NCBI GenBank assembly: GCA_963829525.1 | Contig: CAWHIJ010000003.1 | Coordinates: forward strand, 526,632-590,631 | Direction: 5' to 3' | DNA length: 64,000 bases | From: an uncultured Actinomycetota bacterium | GTDB lineage: Bacteria > Actinomycetota > Actinomycetes > JAHEKZ01 | Shown: positions 47,993 through 58,521 of the stretch, in pieces | Numbering within the stretch: position 1 is the first letter of the stretch | How the letters are laid out: each line of letters opens with the position of its first letter | The notes under the pieces: generated by a model | Told to the model about the DNA's origin: nothing | The model's database searches: none | Seen by the model: the letters and a program-made list of their open reading frames with translations, nothing else | Position numbers and translations under genes: made by a program

Positions 47993-49353
47993 CCGAGCCT
48001 CGTCATACGCATCCCGTTACGCCCTTAGTCACCATGGTGCGTGCAGTACCCGTGCTGATCTTCGGAGTCTTCGTGACGGGAGGGGGTGAGGCCGCCAACG
48101 TCCTCGGCGGACTCGGTACCGGAGGAGTGATCGTTCTCATCCTTGTCGGGGTCGGCATCTATGCGTACTTCTCGTGGACGCGGCTCACGTTCTTCTATGA
48201 CGATGACGGCGACCTGCGAATCAACTCCGGTGTCTTTGTCCGCAACGAGCGACGCGTCCAGCTGTCTCGGCTCCAATCGGTGGATGTGACTCAGCCGATC
48301 CTCGCCCGACTCTTCGGGCTGGCCGAGCTACGCCCAGAAGTTGCCGGTGCCTCATCCGAAGGCACCAAATTGCAGTACTTGGCTCTCGAGGACGCCCAGC
48401 AGCTGCGTGCAGAGCTTCTCGCCAGGGCATCTGGCCTTCGCCGGGAGGAAGGCGCCGCGGTCGCGACAGCCCCCGAGCAAGTACTGGTCCAGGTGCCCTC
48501 GCCGCATCTGCTCGCCTCCCTCGTGCTTCAGCCGACGACGATCTTCCTCCTGCTGCTGATCCCGACGGTGGTGGCCGTCGCCGGGGTCTCGGGAGTGTGG
48601 GAGCTGGGGCTAACCGGGCTCCTTTTGGTCTTCGCCCCGGTCACCGTGGTCGGTGGGCAGTTCCTCAGGTACTTCGGTTTCACCGTCGCGCAGTCCCCAG
48701 ACGGACTGCGGCTGCGCTTCGGTCTCACGTCACACCGCTCGCAGACCGTTCCGCCCGGGCGCGTCCAGGCGGTGCGAATCGAACGCCCACTCATGTGGAA
48801 ACCCTGGGGGTGGGTTCGTGTCGTCGTCAATGTTGCTGGCACCGTGGGCGGCGAGGAGGGCGAAGACCGCCCTTCGGTCATCCTCCCGGTCGCACCCCTG
48901 CCAGTGGCTCGCACCCTGTTGCAGCAAGTTCTGCCCGGAGTGGATCCGTTCGGCGTCGACCTGACGCCAGCACCGGCCACGGCACGTTGGCGCGCGCCGC
49001 TCCAGTGCAAGCAGCTGGGGGTGGGAGCAACGCCGGTCGCGTTCGTCACTCGACGAGGCTGGCTCGTCCCGAAGTGGGATGTGGTTCCGCATGCGCGTAC
49101 GCAGAGCGTCCGCCTTACACAAGGTCCCTGGCAGCGCTGGCTGGGACTCGCCACAGTCCGCGTCGACTCGACTCCTGGTCCGGTGTCGATAGCAGCATTG
49201 CACCAGGATGCCAGGACCGCGCGCATCCTGGCTCAGGAGCAGGCTGACCGGGCGGGGTTGGCTCGTCGCCAAGCCGGTCCAGGGCAGCCTGAGAGTTATC
49301 CGGTCGCGTCGCCGACTGTCCCGCCTCCAGGGACTGAGTCCGACCTTCCGTAG
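47989..49353 (+). CDS. PH-domain (bPH_2 repeats, YdbT-like) membrane protein
   Basis: The 454-aa protein has repeated segments of the type …QLSRLQSVDVTQPILARLFGLAEL…. Its start overlaps the upstream stop (ATGA). Confidence 0.65.
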   Translation: MTEPRHTHPVTPLVTMVRAVPVLIFGVFVTGGGEAANVLGGLGTGGVIVLILVGVGIYAYFSWTRLTFFYDDDGDLRINSGVFVRNERRVQLSRLQSVDVTQPILARLFGLAELRPEVAGASSEGTKLQYLALEDAQQLRAELLARASGLRREEGAAVATAPEQVLVQVPSPHLLASLVLQPTTIFLLLLIPTVVAVAGVSGVWELGLTGLLLVFAPVTVVGGQFLRYFGFTVAQSPDGLRLRFGLTSHRSQTVPPGRVQAVRIERPLMWKPWGWVRVVVNVAGTVGGEEGEDRPSVILPVAPLPVARTLLQQVLPGVDPFGVDLTPAPATARWRAPLQCKQLGVGATPVAFVTRRGWLVPKWDVVPHARTQSVRLTQGPWQRWLGLATVRVDSTPGPVSIAALHQDARTARILAQEQADRAGLARRQAGPGQPESYPVASPTVPPPGTESDLP

Positions 49354-51905
49354 CGCCGAAGGCGCCATGCCTTGTCGGCTGCGTCGACAAGCAGAAGAAC
49401 AAGGGGGGCTACAGCCGCAACAGCCCAGCCAATCGCCGTTGGCGATGCTTGCCCGAGCAGGCTGGCCAGCGGTGGAATGAAGACCATTGCTAGCGCGATG
49501 CCCAGCGCAATCAGGACGGACCAGATCAGCATCGGGTTCGTGAACAGTCCGAGGTGACCAATGGTCAGTGTGCTGCTCCGGCAGGCCAGCGCATTTCCCA
49601 TCTGTGCTGCCACCACGGTGATGAAGTATGCACCGGATGCCTGCGCGAGTAAGCCCGCGTCCGGTGGCGTCCCCCAGTCCCAACCACCGGCCATCAGAAC
49701 CGCGACGAACGCGAACATGGCAATCAATGCCTCGGTAGGTCCGAGCAGTGCGAACGAACGCCAGGCGACTGTGCGGCTTAGCAGTCGCCCGGATACCGGC
49801 GGACGTTGCATGACGCGACCATGCGGTCGCTCGCCACCGAGGGCGACGGCTGTCAGGGTGTCAGTAGCCAGGTCGAGAGCCAGGATCTGGAGAACCCCGA
49901 GTGCCAATGGGAACGATCCGCCGGAGAGCGCCCAAACCACAAGAGGAAAGAGCTCAGCGACGTTGTCGGTCAGGTGGTACGTCAGGAAGCGTCGGACATT
50001 GAGGAAGGTGCCCCGCCCCTGCTCGACTGTCGCGACGATGGTGGTGAAATCGTCATCGAGCAGCACCAGGTCGGATGCATCGCGGGCCACATCGCTGCCA
50101 CTCTCACCCATCGCAATGCCGATGTCAGCCTCTTGAAGGGCTGGCCCATCGTTCACTCCATCACCGGTCATTGCGACGACATGCGCGCGTGCCTGCAGCG
50201 CTCTCGCGATGCGGAGTTTTTGTTCCGGGGCAACCCTGGCGATCACGACCCCGTCGTGGTCGATCAACTCGCCGAGAGGTCCATCATCATCAGGAAGGTC
50301 GGCCCCGGAGAGCACGCGTTCCTGGCCAAGGGACAGGCCTACCTGCTTGGCAATGGCTGCTGCGGTAGCAGGGTGGTCGCCAGTGATCATGGCTACGCGG
50401 ATTCCCGCGTCTCGACAGGCCTGGAGTGCTCCGCGGGCACTGGGCCGAGCGGGGTCGGAGAGGCCAATCAGCCCAAGCAGGGTGAGGTCGAGCTCGGCCT
50501 CTGCCGCGTTTGTCGGCTTATCCCCCAGGACGCGGCGTGATCCGACGGCAAGGACGCGTAATCCAGCAGACGCCATGGTTTGCGCCACCTTGTCGACCTC
50601 AGCGACGTCGACATCGACACAGAGCGGGAGCACTGTGTCAGCCGCACCCTTGACGTAGACGTCGTCGCCGTTGAGTACCGACATGCGCCGCCGCCGTGGG
50701 TCGAAGGGGAACACTCGAGTGGGTGGGCCCGGCTGAACGAGGTCGAGACGGTAAGTAAGTGTGTCGATAGCGGCTTCCATCGGATCGCCCTGGGGAACCC
50801 ATTTGCCGTCTGTCTTGACCGCGCGGCCACTAGAGCAAGCGTACGCAGCGAGGGCGACTGGCTGTGCTGCAATGCGTGCTGCCTCGTCACCGGAGATAGT
50901 TGCCGTTGGTTCGTAGCCGTCCCCCTCAATTCTCAGTGTTCCGACTGGCGTCCATACCTCAACTACCTGCATCTGGTTACGGGTCAGCGTCCCGGTCTTG
51001 TCGGTGCAGATGAAGGTGACCGATCCGAGCGTCTCCACCGATTCAAGGTGTCGCACAACAGCGTGACGCTTGGCGATTCGCTGCGCGCCCAAGGCCAACG
51101 ACAGCGTCACGGTGGGAAGGAGGGCCTCAGGAACAAGCGCTACCGTCACTCCGATTGCGAAGGTGACGGCGTTCTGCAGATCTGTGTGGGCGACAAGAGC
51201 GATGACCAAGAAGGCGACTCCGGTCGAGATCGCTATGGCTGAGATCGTGCGTACAACGCGCTTCATCTCCAGCGCAAGGGGGCTCGTCGGTCTCACCACC
51301 GAGCGGGTGAGGTCGGCGAGCCCGGCCAGACGTGTGTGGACGCCGACGGCGGTGACCTGGATCATCGCCTCGCCCTGAACGACGAAGGTGCCACCGGTGA
51401 CGTCAGCGCCGACATCGAGCGTGACGGGGACGCTCTCCCCCGTAATCAGCGAGGTATTCACTTCCAGAGCCTGCGCATCGACGACGACGGCATCGGCGGG
51501 GATTCGGTCTCCGGCCGTGAGCACGGCGATGTCATCGACGACGAGCTCGCCCGCATCTAGCTGGCGCTGCTTGCCGTCGCGCCGAACCAGCACGGTTCGC
51601 GGCACCATATCCTGCATCGAGGCCGCCGCGTGCTCAGCCTTTCGTTCCTGAGCAAATGCGAAGACGGCGTTGATGACGACGACAAGGGCAATCGCCACAG
51701 ACAGTTCAGGCATGCCGGCGAGGAGAGCCAACCCGGCGGCACCCCAGAGGAGTGCCGCGAAGAAGTGGGTGAGCTCGGCGAGCAACCGCCGCCAGGCGGG
51801 GGTTGGCTTCGCCGGGGGTAGTCGGTTGTCACCGAACTGGGCGCGTCGGTCTACGACCTCTTGGTCGGTGAGGCCCCGCAGCAGTTCGTCACGGACTAAC
51901 GGCAC
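49296..51905 (-). CDS. Cation-transporting P-type ATPase (type II, Ca2+/Mg2+-ATPase-like)
   Basis: It shows the phosphorylation motif ICTDKTGTLT, the TGES-like actuator (LITGESVPV), MITGDHP and GDGVNDGPAL. Confidence 0.9.
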   Translation of the reverse strand: MPLVRDELLRGLTDQEVVDRRAQFGDNRLPPAKPTPAWRRLLAELTHFFAALLWGAAGLALLAGMPELSVAIALVVVINAVFAFAQERKAEHAAASMQDMVPRTVLVRRDGKQRQLDAGELVVDDIAVLTAGDRIPADAVVVDAQALEVNTSLITGESVPVTLDVGADVTGGTFVVQGEAMIQVTAVGVHTRLAGLADLTRSVVRPTSPLALEMKRVVRTISAIAISTGVAFLVIALVAHTDLQNAVTFAIGVTVALVPEALLPTVTLSLALGAQRIAKRHAVVRHLESVETLGSVTFICTDKTGTLTRNQMQVVEVWTPVGTLRIEGDGYEPTATISGDEAARIAAQPVALAAYACSSGRAVKTDGKWVPQGDPMEAAIDTLTYRLDLVQPGPPTRVFPFDPRRRRMSVLNGDDVYVKGAADTVLPLCVDVDVAEVDKVAQTMASAGLRVLAVGSRRVLGDKPTNAAEAELDLTLLGLIGLSDPARPSARGALQACRDAGIRVAMITGDHPATAAAIAKQVGLSLGQERVLSGADLPDDDGPLGELIDHDGVVIARVAPEQKLRIARALQARAHVVAMTGDGVNDGPALQEADIGIAMGESGSDVARDASDLVLLDDDFTTIVATVEQGRGTFLNVRRFLTYHLTDNVAELFPLVVWALSGGSFPLALGVLQILALDLATDTLTAVALGGERPHGRVMQRPPVSGRLLSRTVAWRSFALLGPTEALIAMFAFVAVLMAGGWDWGTPPDAGLLAQASGAYFITVVAAQMGNALACRSSTLTIGHLGLFTNPMLIWSVLIALGIALAMVFIPPLASLLGQASPTAIGWAVAAVAPLVLLLVDAADKAWRLRRYGRSDSVPGGGTVGDATG

Positions 51906-51958
51906 GCTGTCACTCTGCGCCAGTCATGGCTGCTGGGCCAGGGGCTTCGCTCCTTGAC

Positions 51959-52975
51959 TTACGCCCATTTGATGCCGTCGATCGCAGGCCGGGCGCCCTT
52001 GGTCTGCAGCAGCCACCAGAAGGATCCGAGGGAAGCGGGGTCGAGGAGCTCAGCGGCATGCGAGGCGCGCGAGAGGCCATCGATGTACCCCATGGGATTG
52101 CTATGTGCAAAGGCGATGGGCGGTCGTCTCGTAGCCAGACCGAGAGCGCGCAAGGCGTCAGACTGGGAGACCAGAGCCGAAGAATCGGCGCCGGCATCGG
52201 CGCCGGCCTGCTGGCATGCGTCCATCGCAACGTGCGCGGTGATGTCACACGATCCATCGGGGACCGGGGCCACCTGGCGACCATCTCGGTAGCCGGTAAC
52301 GGTTCCAGTTGGGTACCTGCCTGCTGTCCGATCATCTCGAAGGTGGCCGTAGTCGATGGCGACGGCGAGCCCACCGCTGAGACTGTCCATGATCTGCGCC
52401 CAGGCTTGGTCTCGGGTCCAGCCAACCTCGACCCGGTCTCCGGGCCTGTTGACCGGCCACCAACGCTTGATCCAGCGTCGTTGCTTGTCGTCGACTGCTG
52501 GCCCGATCTTCTCCTCGGCTGTGACGGGGTCAACCAGAACTTGTCGCAGGAAACCACCTTCGGCGACCTCGACCACGTCACACGGGACGTTGTCGAGGTA
52601 CTCGTGGGCGATGACGAGCCCGGTGACACCGCTCGGGAGGACTTCCGTCCAGCGAACCTGCGCCTGAAGCTCAGGCGGGCGGGGCCGGATCTCAACGGCG
52701 ACCGGGTCGACGCGACCAGCAAGATCGGCGGGGAGCTCTCTCAGCAGTTCACGCATCAGCGCGCCGTCGCCTGCGCCCATGTCCACGATGTCGAGGCGTA
52801 CAGGGCTACCGAGAGCCAGATCCACTGCGACGACAAGCGGCACGATCGACTCAGCTAGGAGCGGGGATGCGCTGACGCTGGTGCGGAAGTGCGCGTCGGG
52901 GGAGTTGTTCCTGTAGAAGCCGCCGGGACCGTACAAGGCCGCAGCAATGGCGTCCGACCAGGTGACTGCTGTCAC
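51959..52975 (-). CDS. MidA/NDUFAF7-family (DUF185) SAM-dependent methyltransferase
   Basis: The family pattern is present (…ALYGPGGFYR…, …IVDMGAGDGALMRELL…, …VIAHEYLDNVPCDVV…). Confidence 0.7.
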   Translation of the reverse strand: MTAVTWSDAIAAALYGPGGFYRNNSPDAHFRTSVSASPLLAESIVPLVVAVDLALGSPVRLDIVDMGAGDGALMRELLRELPADLAGRVDPVAVEIRPRPPELQAQVRWTEVLPSGVTGLVIAHEYLDNVPCDVVEVAEGGFLRQVLVDPVTAEEKIGPAVDDKQRRWIKRWWPVNRPGDRVEVGWTRDQAWAQIMDSLSGGLAVAIDYGHLRDDRTAGRYPTGTVTGYRDGRQVAPVPDGSCDITAHVAMDACQQAGADAGADSSALVSQSDALRALGLATRRPPIAFAHSNPMGYIDGLSRASHAAELLDPASLGSFWWLLQTKGARPAIDGIKWA

Positions 52976-53219
52976 GGGCCCTCTTCCCAGTTTACGGGTG
53001 TCGTCACGCCGGTTTCCCAGCCGATGCGGAGGATGCCGTAGCCGATGCTGTCGTGGCGCGTGCCGCTCTCGGACGGGGGAAGGTCGGTTCCATGCGGCCA
53101 GGCTAACTGGCTTGAGGTGGAGCTCTCCGGTGTCGAGTCCTGCCTTGAAACGGACTCAGTGCCCACCCACTACGCTGAACTCACCCTCGTCCGGTACCCG
53201 CAAAGGACTGGAACGCATC

Positions 53220-54137
53220 GTGACCTCAGATCTGCAGCCTGCCACCGCTCCGACCCGACCGGGTCGGCTCAGTGTCGGGGTCATTGGCTCGGGCCGCGTG
53301 GGGGCTGTGCTCGGAGCCGCACTGGCTCGGGTGGGACACCGTCCGATAGCTGCGTCTGCCGTCTCGGACGTCTCTCGATCGCGCGCTGAGACCCTGCTCC
53401 CGGACGCCGCAGTTGTGTCGCCTCCTGAGGTGTGTGCCGCAGCCGACCTCGTACTCGTCACTGTTCCGGATGACCAGTTGCCCGGGCTCATTGATGGATT
53501 GGCCGCCGTCGGTGCCTGGCGGCCCGGGCAGATCGTGGTGCACACCAGCGGCCGGTATGGGATCGGCGTTTTGGAGCCAGCTCAGCGCATGGGCGCCGTC
53601 CCGCTCGCGCTTCATCCGGTGATGACCTTCACGGGTACCTCGATCGACATCGACCGACTTGTCGGTGCCTCGTTCGGCGTTACTGCGCCGGCTGCATTTC
53701 TGCCGGTGGCGGACGCCCTGGTTCTAGAGATGGAGGCCGAGCCCGTCCACGTCGACGAGGATGCTCGTCCGCTCTACCACGCGGCGTTGGCGCACGCGTC
53801 CAACCACCTGGTGACCCTGGTGGCATCCAGTGCTGACCTTCTCGAAGCTGCCGGCGTTGACGATCCGCGCAAGGTTCTTCACCCACTCGTCAGCGCTGCG
53901 TTAGACAATGTGCTGCGCCTCGGCGACCAGGCGCTCACCGGACCCGTGATGCGTGGCGATGCAGCAACGGTGGCGCGCCACATCGACGAGATCGGCAATG
54001 TCTCCCCTCAAACGGCGGACCTCTACGTCGCGCTGGCGCGCGTGACTGCGCGTCGGGCCCGAGATGCTGGGTTGCTGAGCGAGGTCGACGCCGATTCCGT
54101 GCTGGACGCCATCGAAGGCACGGGGGACGAACGATGA
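53220..54137 (+). CDS. Rossmann-fold DUF2520 protein (putative ketopantoate-reductase-like oxidoreductase commonly found upstream of panC)
   Basis: The dinucleotide fold is [22 protein letters not shown] 53220 is preferred, because the track ORF overlaps the MidA start. Confidence 0.6.
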   Translation: MTSDLQPATAPTRPGRLSVGVIGSGRVGAVLGAALARVGHRPIAASAVSDVSRSRAETLLPDAAVVSPPEVCAAADLVLVTVPDDQLPGLIDGLAAVGAWRPGQIVVHTSGRYGIGVLEPAQRMGAVPLALHPVMTFTGTSIDIDRLVGASFGVTAPAAFLPVADALVLEMEAEPVHVDEDARPLYHAALAHASNHLVTLVASSADLLEAAGVDDPRKVLHPLVSAALDNVLRLGDQALTGPVMRGDAATVARHIDEIGNVSPQTADLYVALARVTARRARDAGLLSEVDADSVLDAIEGTGDER

Positions 54138-55009
54138 CGACGGTGGCCCGAACCCGTGCCGACCTGGCGTCGACACGAGCAGAATGGGTGGCTGCCCGTG
54201 ATTCGGTCGCGGTGGTGATGACCATGGGCGCGCTCCACGCTGGCCACGCGGAACTCATCAGACGTGCTCGTGAACGAAACGATCGAGTGATCGTTACTGA
54301 CTTCCTCAACCCGTTGCAGTTTGCGCCAGGAGAGGACCTCGACAAGTACCCGAGGACGTTCGCCGCCGATCTTGAACTGTGCCGTGCCGAGGGGGTCGAC
54401 CTGCTCTTTGCGCCGGGGCCGTCCGAGGTTTACCCCGTAGGCGACCCTGTGGTGCGGGTAGCCGCCGGACGCATTGGCGACCTGCTGGAAGGGGAGTCGC
54501 GGCCGGGTCACTTTGATGGCGTACTGACTGTCGTCGCCAAGCTGTTGAACCTCACCGCCCCCCATCGGGCCTACTTCGGCCAGAAGGACGCCCAACAGCT
54601 GTGGCTGATATCACAGATGGTGCGCGACCTCGATTTCGGTGTCGAAATCATCGAGGTGCCCACGGTTCGCGACCAGGATGGCCTGGCGCTGTCGAGCCGA
54701 AACATCTACTTGGTCGACGCCGACCGGTTGCAGGCGCTCGCCCTGCACGAGGCACTTGAGGCGGGGGCTGCTGCGGCTGCCGGTGGGCCTACGGCCGCCA
54801 TCGAGGCGGCGCGGGCGCACCTGTCAGAGGCCGGCGTGAAGGTCGACTATGTGTCCCTGGTGAACCCCCAGAGTTTCGAACTGATGCAGGGAAGCGGTCC
54901 GGCGCTTCTTGTCGTTGCTGCCCACGTCGGTTCAACGCGGCTGATCGACAACGTCCGGTTGTGCGTTGGCACGGGGGAGATGGGTGGGCGACATGCTGTT
55001 GACGATTGA
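54134..55009 (+). CDS. panC: Pantoate--beta-alanine ligase
   Basis: The HIGH-type motif is [12 protein letters not shown], and the sequence …FGQKDAQQL… follows. Confidence 0.9.
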   Translation: MTTVARTRADLASTRAEWVAARDSVAVVMTMGALHAGHAELIRRARERNDRVIVTDFLNPLQFAPGEDLDKYPRTFAADLELCRAEGVDLLFAPGPSEVYPVGDPVVRVAAGRIGDLLEGESRPGHFDGVLTVVAKLLNLTAPHRAYFGQKDAQQLWLISQMVRDLDFGVEIIEVPTVRDQDGLALSSRNIYLVDADRLQALALHEALEAGAAAAAGGPTAAIEAARAHLSEAGVKVDYVSLVNPQSFELMQGSGPALLVVAAHVGSTRLIDNVRLCVGTGEMGGRHAVDD

Positions 55010-55769
55010 CATCGGGAACACGCAGACGGTTCTCGGGCTCTTCCAGGAGGATAACCTCGATCATACGTGGCGAATCGCGACGTATGACACAAGAACTGCT
55101 GACGAGCTCGCCGTGCTGATCACGTCGTTGCTCGCGCAGCATGGCGATGGAACCAAGGTCACCGGTATCGCCTTGTGCTCCACCGTGCCTGTGGCGCTCC
55201 ATGAAATGCGACAGATGTGCACGCGCTACTACGGTGAGATTCCCGTCGTCGTGGTTGAACCAGGTGTGCGCACTGGTGTCCCGATTCTGACCGACAATCC
55301 GAAAGAGGTCGGCAGCGACCGAATCGTCAACTCGTTGGCTGCAGCGACGTTGTTCGGCGGCCCGGCGATCGTGGTCGACTTCGGCACCGCCACCACATTT
55401 GATGCGGTCTCGGCCAAGGGCGAGTACCTCGGTGGGGCGATCGCACCGGGAGTGGAGATCTCGGTGGATGCCCTTGGCGCCCGCGGTGCCCAGCTGCGCA
55501 AGGTGGAGTTGGCGCGACCACGTTCGGTCGTGGGTCGTAACACCGTTGAAGCGCTGCAATCGGGGATTCTTTACGGCTTCGCCGGTCAGGTGGATGGGAT
55601 CGTGCACCGAATGACCGCGGAATTGGCCGACGATGCTGACACCGTCACGGTCATCGCCACCGGGGGGTTGGCACCCTTGGTGATTGGCGAGTCCGAGGCT
55701 ATCGACGAGTACGACCCCTGGCTGACGCTGCGCGGCCTCAAACTCGTCTTCGAGCGCAACACCGACTAA
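54993..55769 (+). CDS. coaX: Type III pantothenate kinase
   Basis: [12 protein letters not shown] and the motif DFGTATTFD are present. The ATG at 54993 lies inside the 3' end of panC. Confidence 0.88.
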   Translation: MLLTIDIGNTQTVLGLFQEDNLDHTWRIATYDTRTADELAVLITSLLAQHGDGTKVTGIALCSTVPVALHEMRQMCTRYYGEIPVVVVEPGVRTGVPILTDNPKEVGSDRIVNSLAAATLFGGPAIVVDFGTATTFDAVSAKGEYLGGAIAPGVEISVDALGARGAQLRKVELARPRSVVGRNTVEALQSGILYGFAGQVDGIVHRMTAELADDADTVTVIATGGLAPLVIGESEAIDEYDPWLTLRGLKLVFERNTD

Positions 55770-55893
55770 CGGCCCGCGGAGTGAAGGCTTTCGACCTCGC
55801 GCGAGTCGAGTGGCCAACACCACTTGCAGCGAACCGTCCTGAGGACGTTAGTCGAGCGCTCGGCGGGCTGGAGAGATCGGTAGCCTTGCGCGT

Positions 55894-57441
55894 ATGACCC
55901 TTGGCCCTGTCGACGATGCTGGAGCTGTTCCCGACACTGCATCTGATCCGGCTGCCGCTGCGCGCTCGGAGCAAGAGCAAGTTCGCCGACAGAAGCTGGC
56001 ACGGATGCGAGCCGAGGGCAACGATCCTTATGCCTTTGGCTACCCGAGGACGACAGATGCCACGACGCTCAGAGCCCGCTTCGCCGACCTTGTGGCCGAC
56101 ACGTTCACCGGCGAGGAAGTTGGGGTTGCCGGGCGAGTGGTACTCAATCGGGTCAGCGGCAAGATCATCTTTGCGACATTGCGGGACGCGGCGGCCGACC
56201 TTCAGGTGATGCTCACCCTCGATGGCAGCGGGCAAGAGCTTCTCGACCGCTGGAAGAACGACGTCGACCTCGGAGACCACGTTGGGGTCACCGGCGAGGT
56301 CATCACCTCCAAGCGCGGCGAGCTGAGCGTCTTGGCGTCGGACTTCCAGGTCACCAGCAAGTGCCTGCACCCGCTGCCGGAAAAGCACGCTGGTCTCACA
56401 GATCCCGAGGCCCGTGTTCGCCAGCGCTACGTCGACCTCATCGTGCGCCAGGAGGCGCGAGACATGGTCTACCTGCGTTCGGGTGTTGTGCGGTCACTGC
56501 GCGAGACGCTGCAGGGGAACGGCTACATCGAGGCCGAGACGCCGATGCTCCAGGTCATGCACGGCGGCGCGAACGCGCGTCCGTTCGTCACCCACATCAA
56601 CGCCTACGACATGCCGCTGTACCTGCGTATCGCTCCTGAGCTCTACCTCAAGCGGCTTCTGGTGGGCGGTGTCGATCGGGTTTTCGAGATCAACCGGAAC
56701 TTCCGGAACGAGGGTGCTGACTCCTCGCACAACCCGGAGTTCACGATGCTCGAGATGTACGAGGCTTATGGCGACTACGACACCATGCGCCTGCTCACCC
56801 AGCAGCTGGTCCAGAACGCCGCCATCGATGTCTTCGGTGAGGCGGTGGCCAGGCGTGCTACGTCGGACGGATCAATTGAGGAGTTCGACCTCGCTGGTGA
56901 CTGGCCCGTCAAGACAATGATCGGCGCGCTCTCCGAAGCTCTCGGCGAGGAGGTCGACCTTGATACCCCGCTGGAGGTGCTGCGCAGGTACTGCGAGCGG
57001 TTCGAGATCGACGAGCCCGACGATGCTTCGGTCGGCATGCTGCTCGAAGAGCTGTACGTCGGACTGGTCGAGAGCAAGACGACGACGCCGGTCTTCTACA
57101 AGGACTTCCCGAAGGAGAACGCGCCGCTCACCCGCGTCCACCGAGACGATCCCCGCCTCACGGAGAAGTGGGACCTCGTCGGATGGGGCGCTGAAATGGG
57201 TACCGGCTACTCCGAGCTCATCGACCCCCTCGACCAGCGTGAGCGGTTCCTTGCCCAGGCAGCTCGTGCCGAGCGTGGAGACGACGAGGCAATGCAACTG
57301 GACGAGGACTTCCTTCGTGCCCTCGAGCACGGGATGCCACCCGCTGGCGGTCAGGGGATGGGAATCGATCGTCTGGTGATGACGCTCACGGGCCTGGGCG
57401 TCCGCGACACGATCCTCTTTCCCCTGGTGAAACCAGAGTGA
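55894..57441 (+). CDS. lysS: Lysine--tRNA ligase (class II)
   Basis: The OB-fold N-terminus and class II motifs are present (…FRNEGADSSHNPEFTMLE…, …GGQGMGIDRLVM…). Confidence 0.92.
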   Translation: MTLGPVDDAGAVPDTASDPAAAARSEQEQVRRQKLARMRAEGNDPYAFGYPRTTDATTLRARFADLVADTFTGEEVGVAGRVVLNRVSGKIIFATLRDAAADLQVMLTLDGSGQELLDRWKNDVDLGDHVGVTGEVITSKRGELSVLASDFQVTSKCLHPLPEKHAGLTDPEARVRQRYVDLIVRQEARDMVYLRSGVVRSLRETLQGNGYIEAETPMLQVMHGGANARPFVTHINAYDMPLYLRIAPELYLKRLLVGGVDRVFEINRNFRNEGADSSHNPEFTMLEMYEAYGDYDTMRLLTQQLVQNAAIDVFGEAVARRATSDGSIEEFDLAGDWPVKTMIGALSEALGEEVDLDTPLEVLRRYCERFEIDEPDDASVGMLLEELYVGLVESKTTTPVFYKDFPKENAPLTRVHRDDPRLTEKWDLVGWGAEMGTGYSELIDPLDQRERFLAQAARAERGDDEAMQLDEDFLRALEHGMPPAGGQGMGIDRLVMTLTGLGVRDTILFPLVKPE

Positions 57442-57944
57442 GCGCTACGTCGGTAGAGATCCGCGAGGCTCGCACAGGGGACGTCCGCACCATTCGGCAC
57501 CTCGTTGACACCTATGCAGCCGACCGCATACTCCTCTCGAAGGCGACCGTCACCCTCTTTGAGGATGTCCAGGAGTTCTACGTCGCCGAGGTTGACGGTG
57601 CGGTCGTCGGCTGTGGTGCGCTGCACGTGCTCTGGGAGGACCTCGCCGAGGTTCGGACCCTGGCGGTCGACCACAACTATCGCGGACACGGGATCGGTGA
57701 CTTGCTGCTCCGCCGCCTGTTGCAGCAGGCGCGACACGTGGGGGTGGCCAGAGTCTTCTGTCTCACCTTCGAGGTGGAGTTCTTCAGCCGACACGGCTTC
57801 GCCGAGATCGACGGAGCCCCGGTGTCACACGAGGTCTTCGAGCAGCTGCTTGAGTCCTATGACGAAGGTGTTGCTGAGTTCCTCGGCTTGGAGCGCGTCA
57901 AGCCGAACACCCTTGGCAACGCTCGCATGCTGCTGGTTCTCTGA
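57438..57944 (+). CDS. GNAT-family N-acetyltransferase (short amino-acid N-acetyltransferase/ArgA-like)
   Basis: The acetyl-CoA motif RGHGIGDLLLRRL is present and the protein is 168 aa. Confidence 0.6.
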   Translation: MSATSVEIREARTGDVRTIRHLVDTYAADRILLSKATVTLFEDVQEFYVAEVDGAVVGCGALHVLWEDLAEVRTLAVDHNYRGHGIGDLLLRRLLQQARHVGVARVFCLTFEVEFFSRHGFAEIDGAPVSHEVFEQLLESYDEGVAEFLGLERVKPNTLGNARMLLVL

Positions 57945-57948
57945 CCCG

Positions 57949-58479
57949 TTAGTCCTCGTCGAGTGCGACCGGTACCAGCTGCTTCTGGTACGCCCGAAGA
58001 TCTGGCGGCGACTCTTCGAACGGTTGGACGTGCACGTAGCCGCTGGTCTCGAAAAGCAGGATGGCCTGGGAAAGGGCGTCGTAGACCTCGATGCGGATGA
58101 AGTCGAACCCCGCGACGGCGCCGGCGCCCTCAAGGGCTGAGAGCAGGCGGCGGCCGATGCCGCGGCCGCGCATCACGGGGTTGACCCAGAGCCGACGGAT
58201 CTGCCCGATCTTGGACCCGACCTGGCGAAGCGACCCGCAGCCGACCACATTGTCACGGTCATCGAGTGCAACGACGAAGAAGCTTCGCCCTGAGTCGTCG
58301 CGGGCCTCTTGGGCGACATCGATCTCAAGAACATCGGCGCCGACGAGCTCGACCATCTCGTTGAGGAACTGGTTGATAGCCGCCTGGCTGCGGGGGTCAG
58401 TGGGATCAAGCGCCTCAACGCGGACCGATGTCATGCGTGAAACCCTATTCCCTAGGCAGGCATCGGACGTCAAGGGCAC
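57949..58479 (-). CDS. GNAT-family N-acetyltransferase
   Basis: The motif RGRGIGRRLLSAL is present. The start may be the internal MTSVRVE at 58434. Confidence 0.6.
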   Translation of the reverse strand: MPLTSDACLGNRVSRMTSVRVEALDPTDPRSQAAINQFLNEMVELVGADVLEIDVAQEARDDSGRSFFVVALDDRDNVVGCGSLRQVGSKIGQIRRLWVNPVMRGRGIGRRLLSALEGAGAVAGFDFIRIEVYDALSQAILLFETSGYVHVQPFEESPPDLRAYQKQLVPVALDED

Positions 58480-58521
58480 GCCAATGACGAAATTGGCAGG
58501 TAGCGACGAGAATGAACAGGC

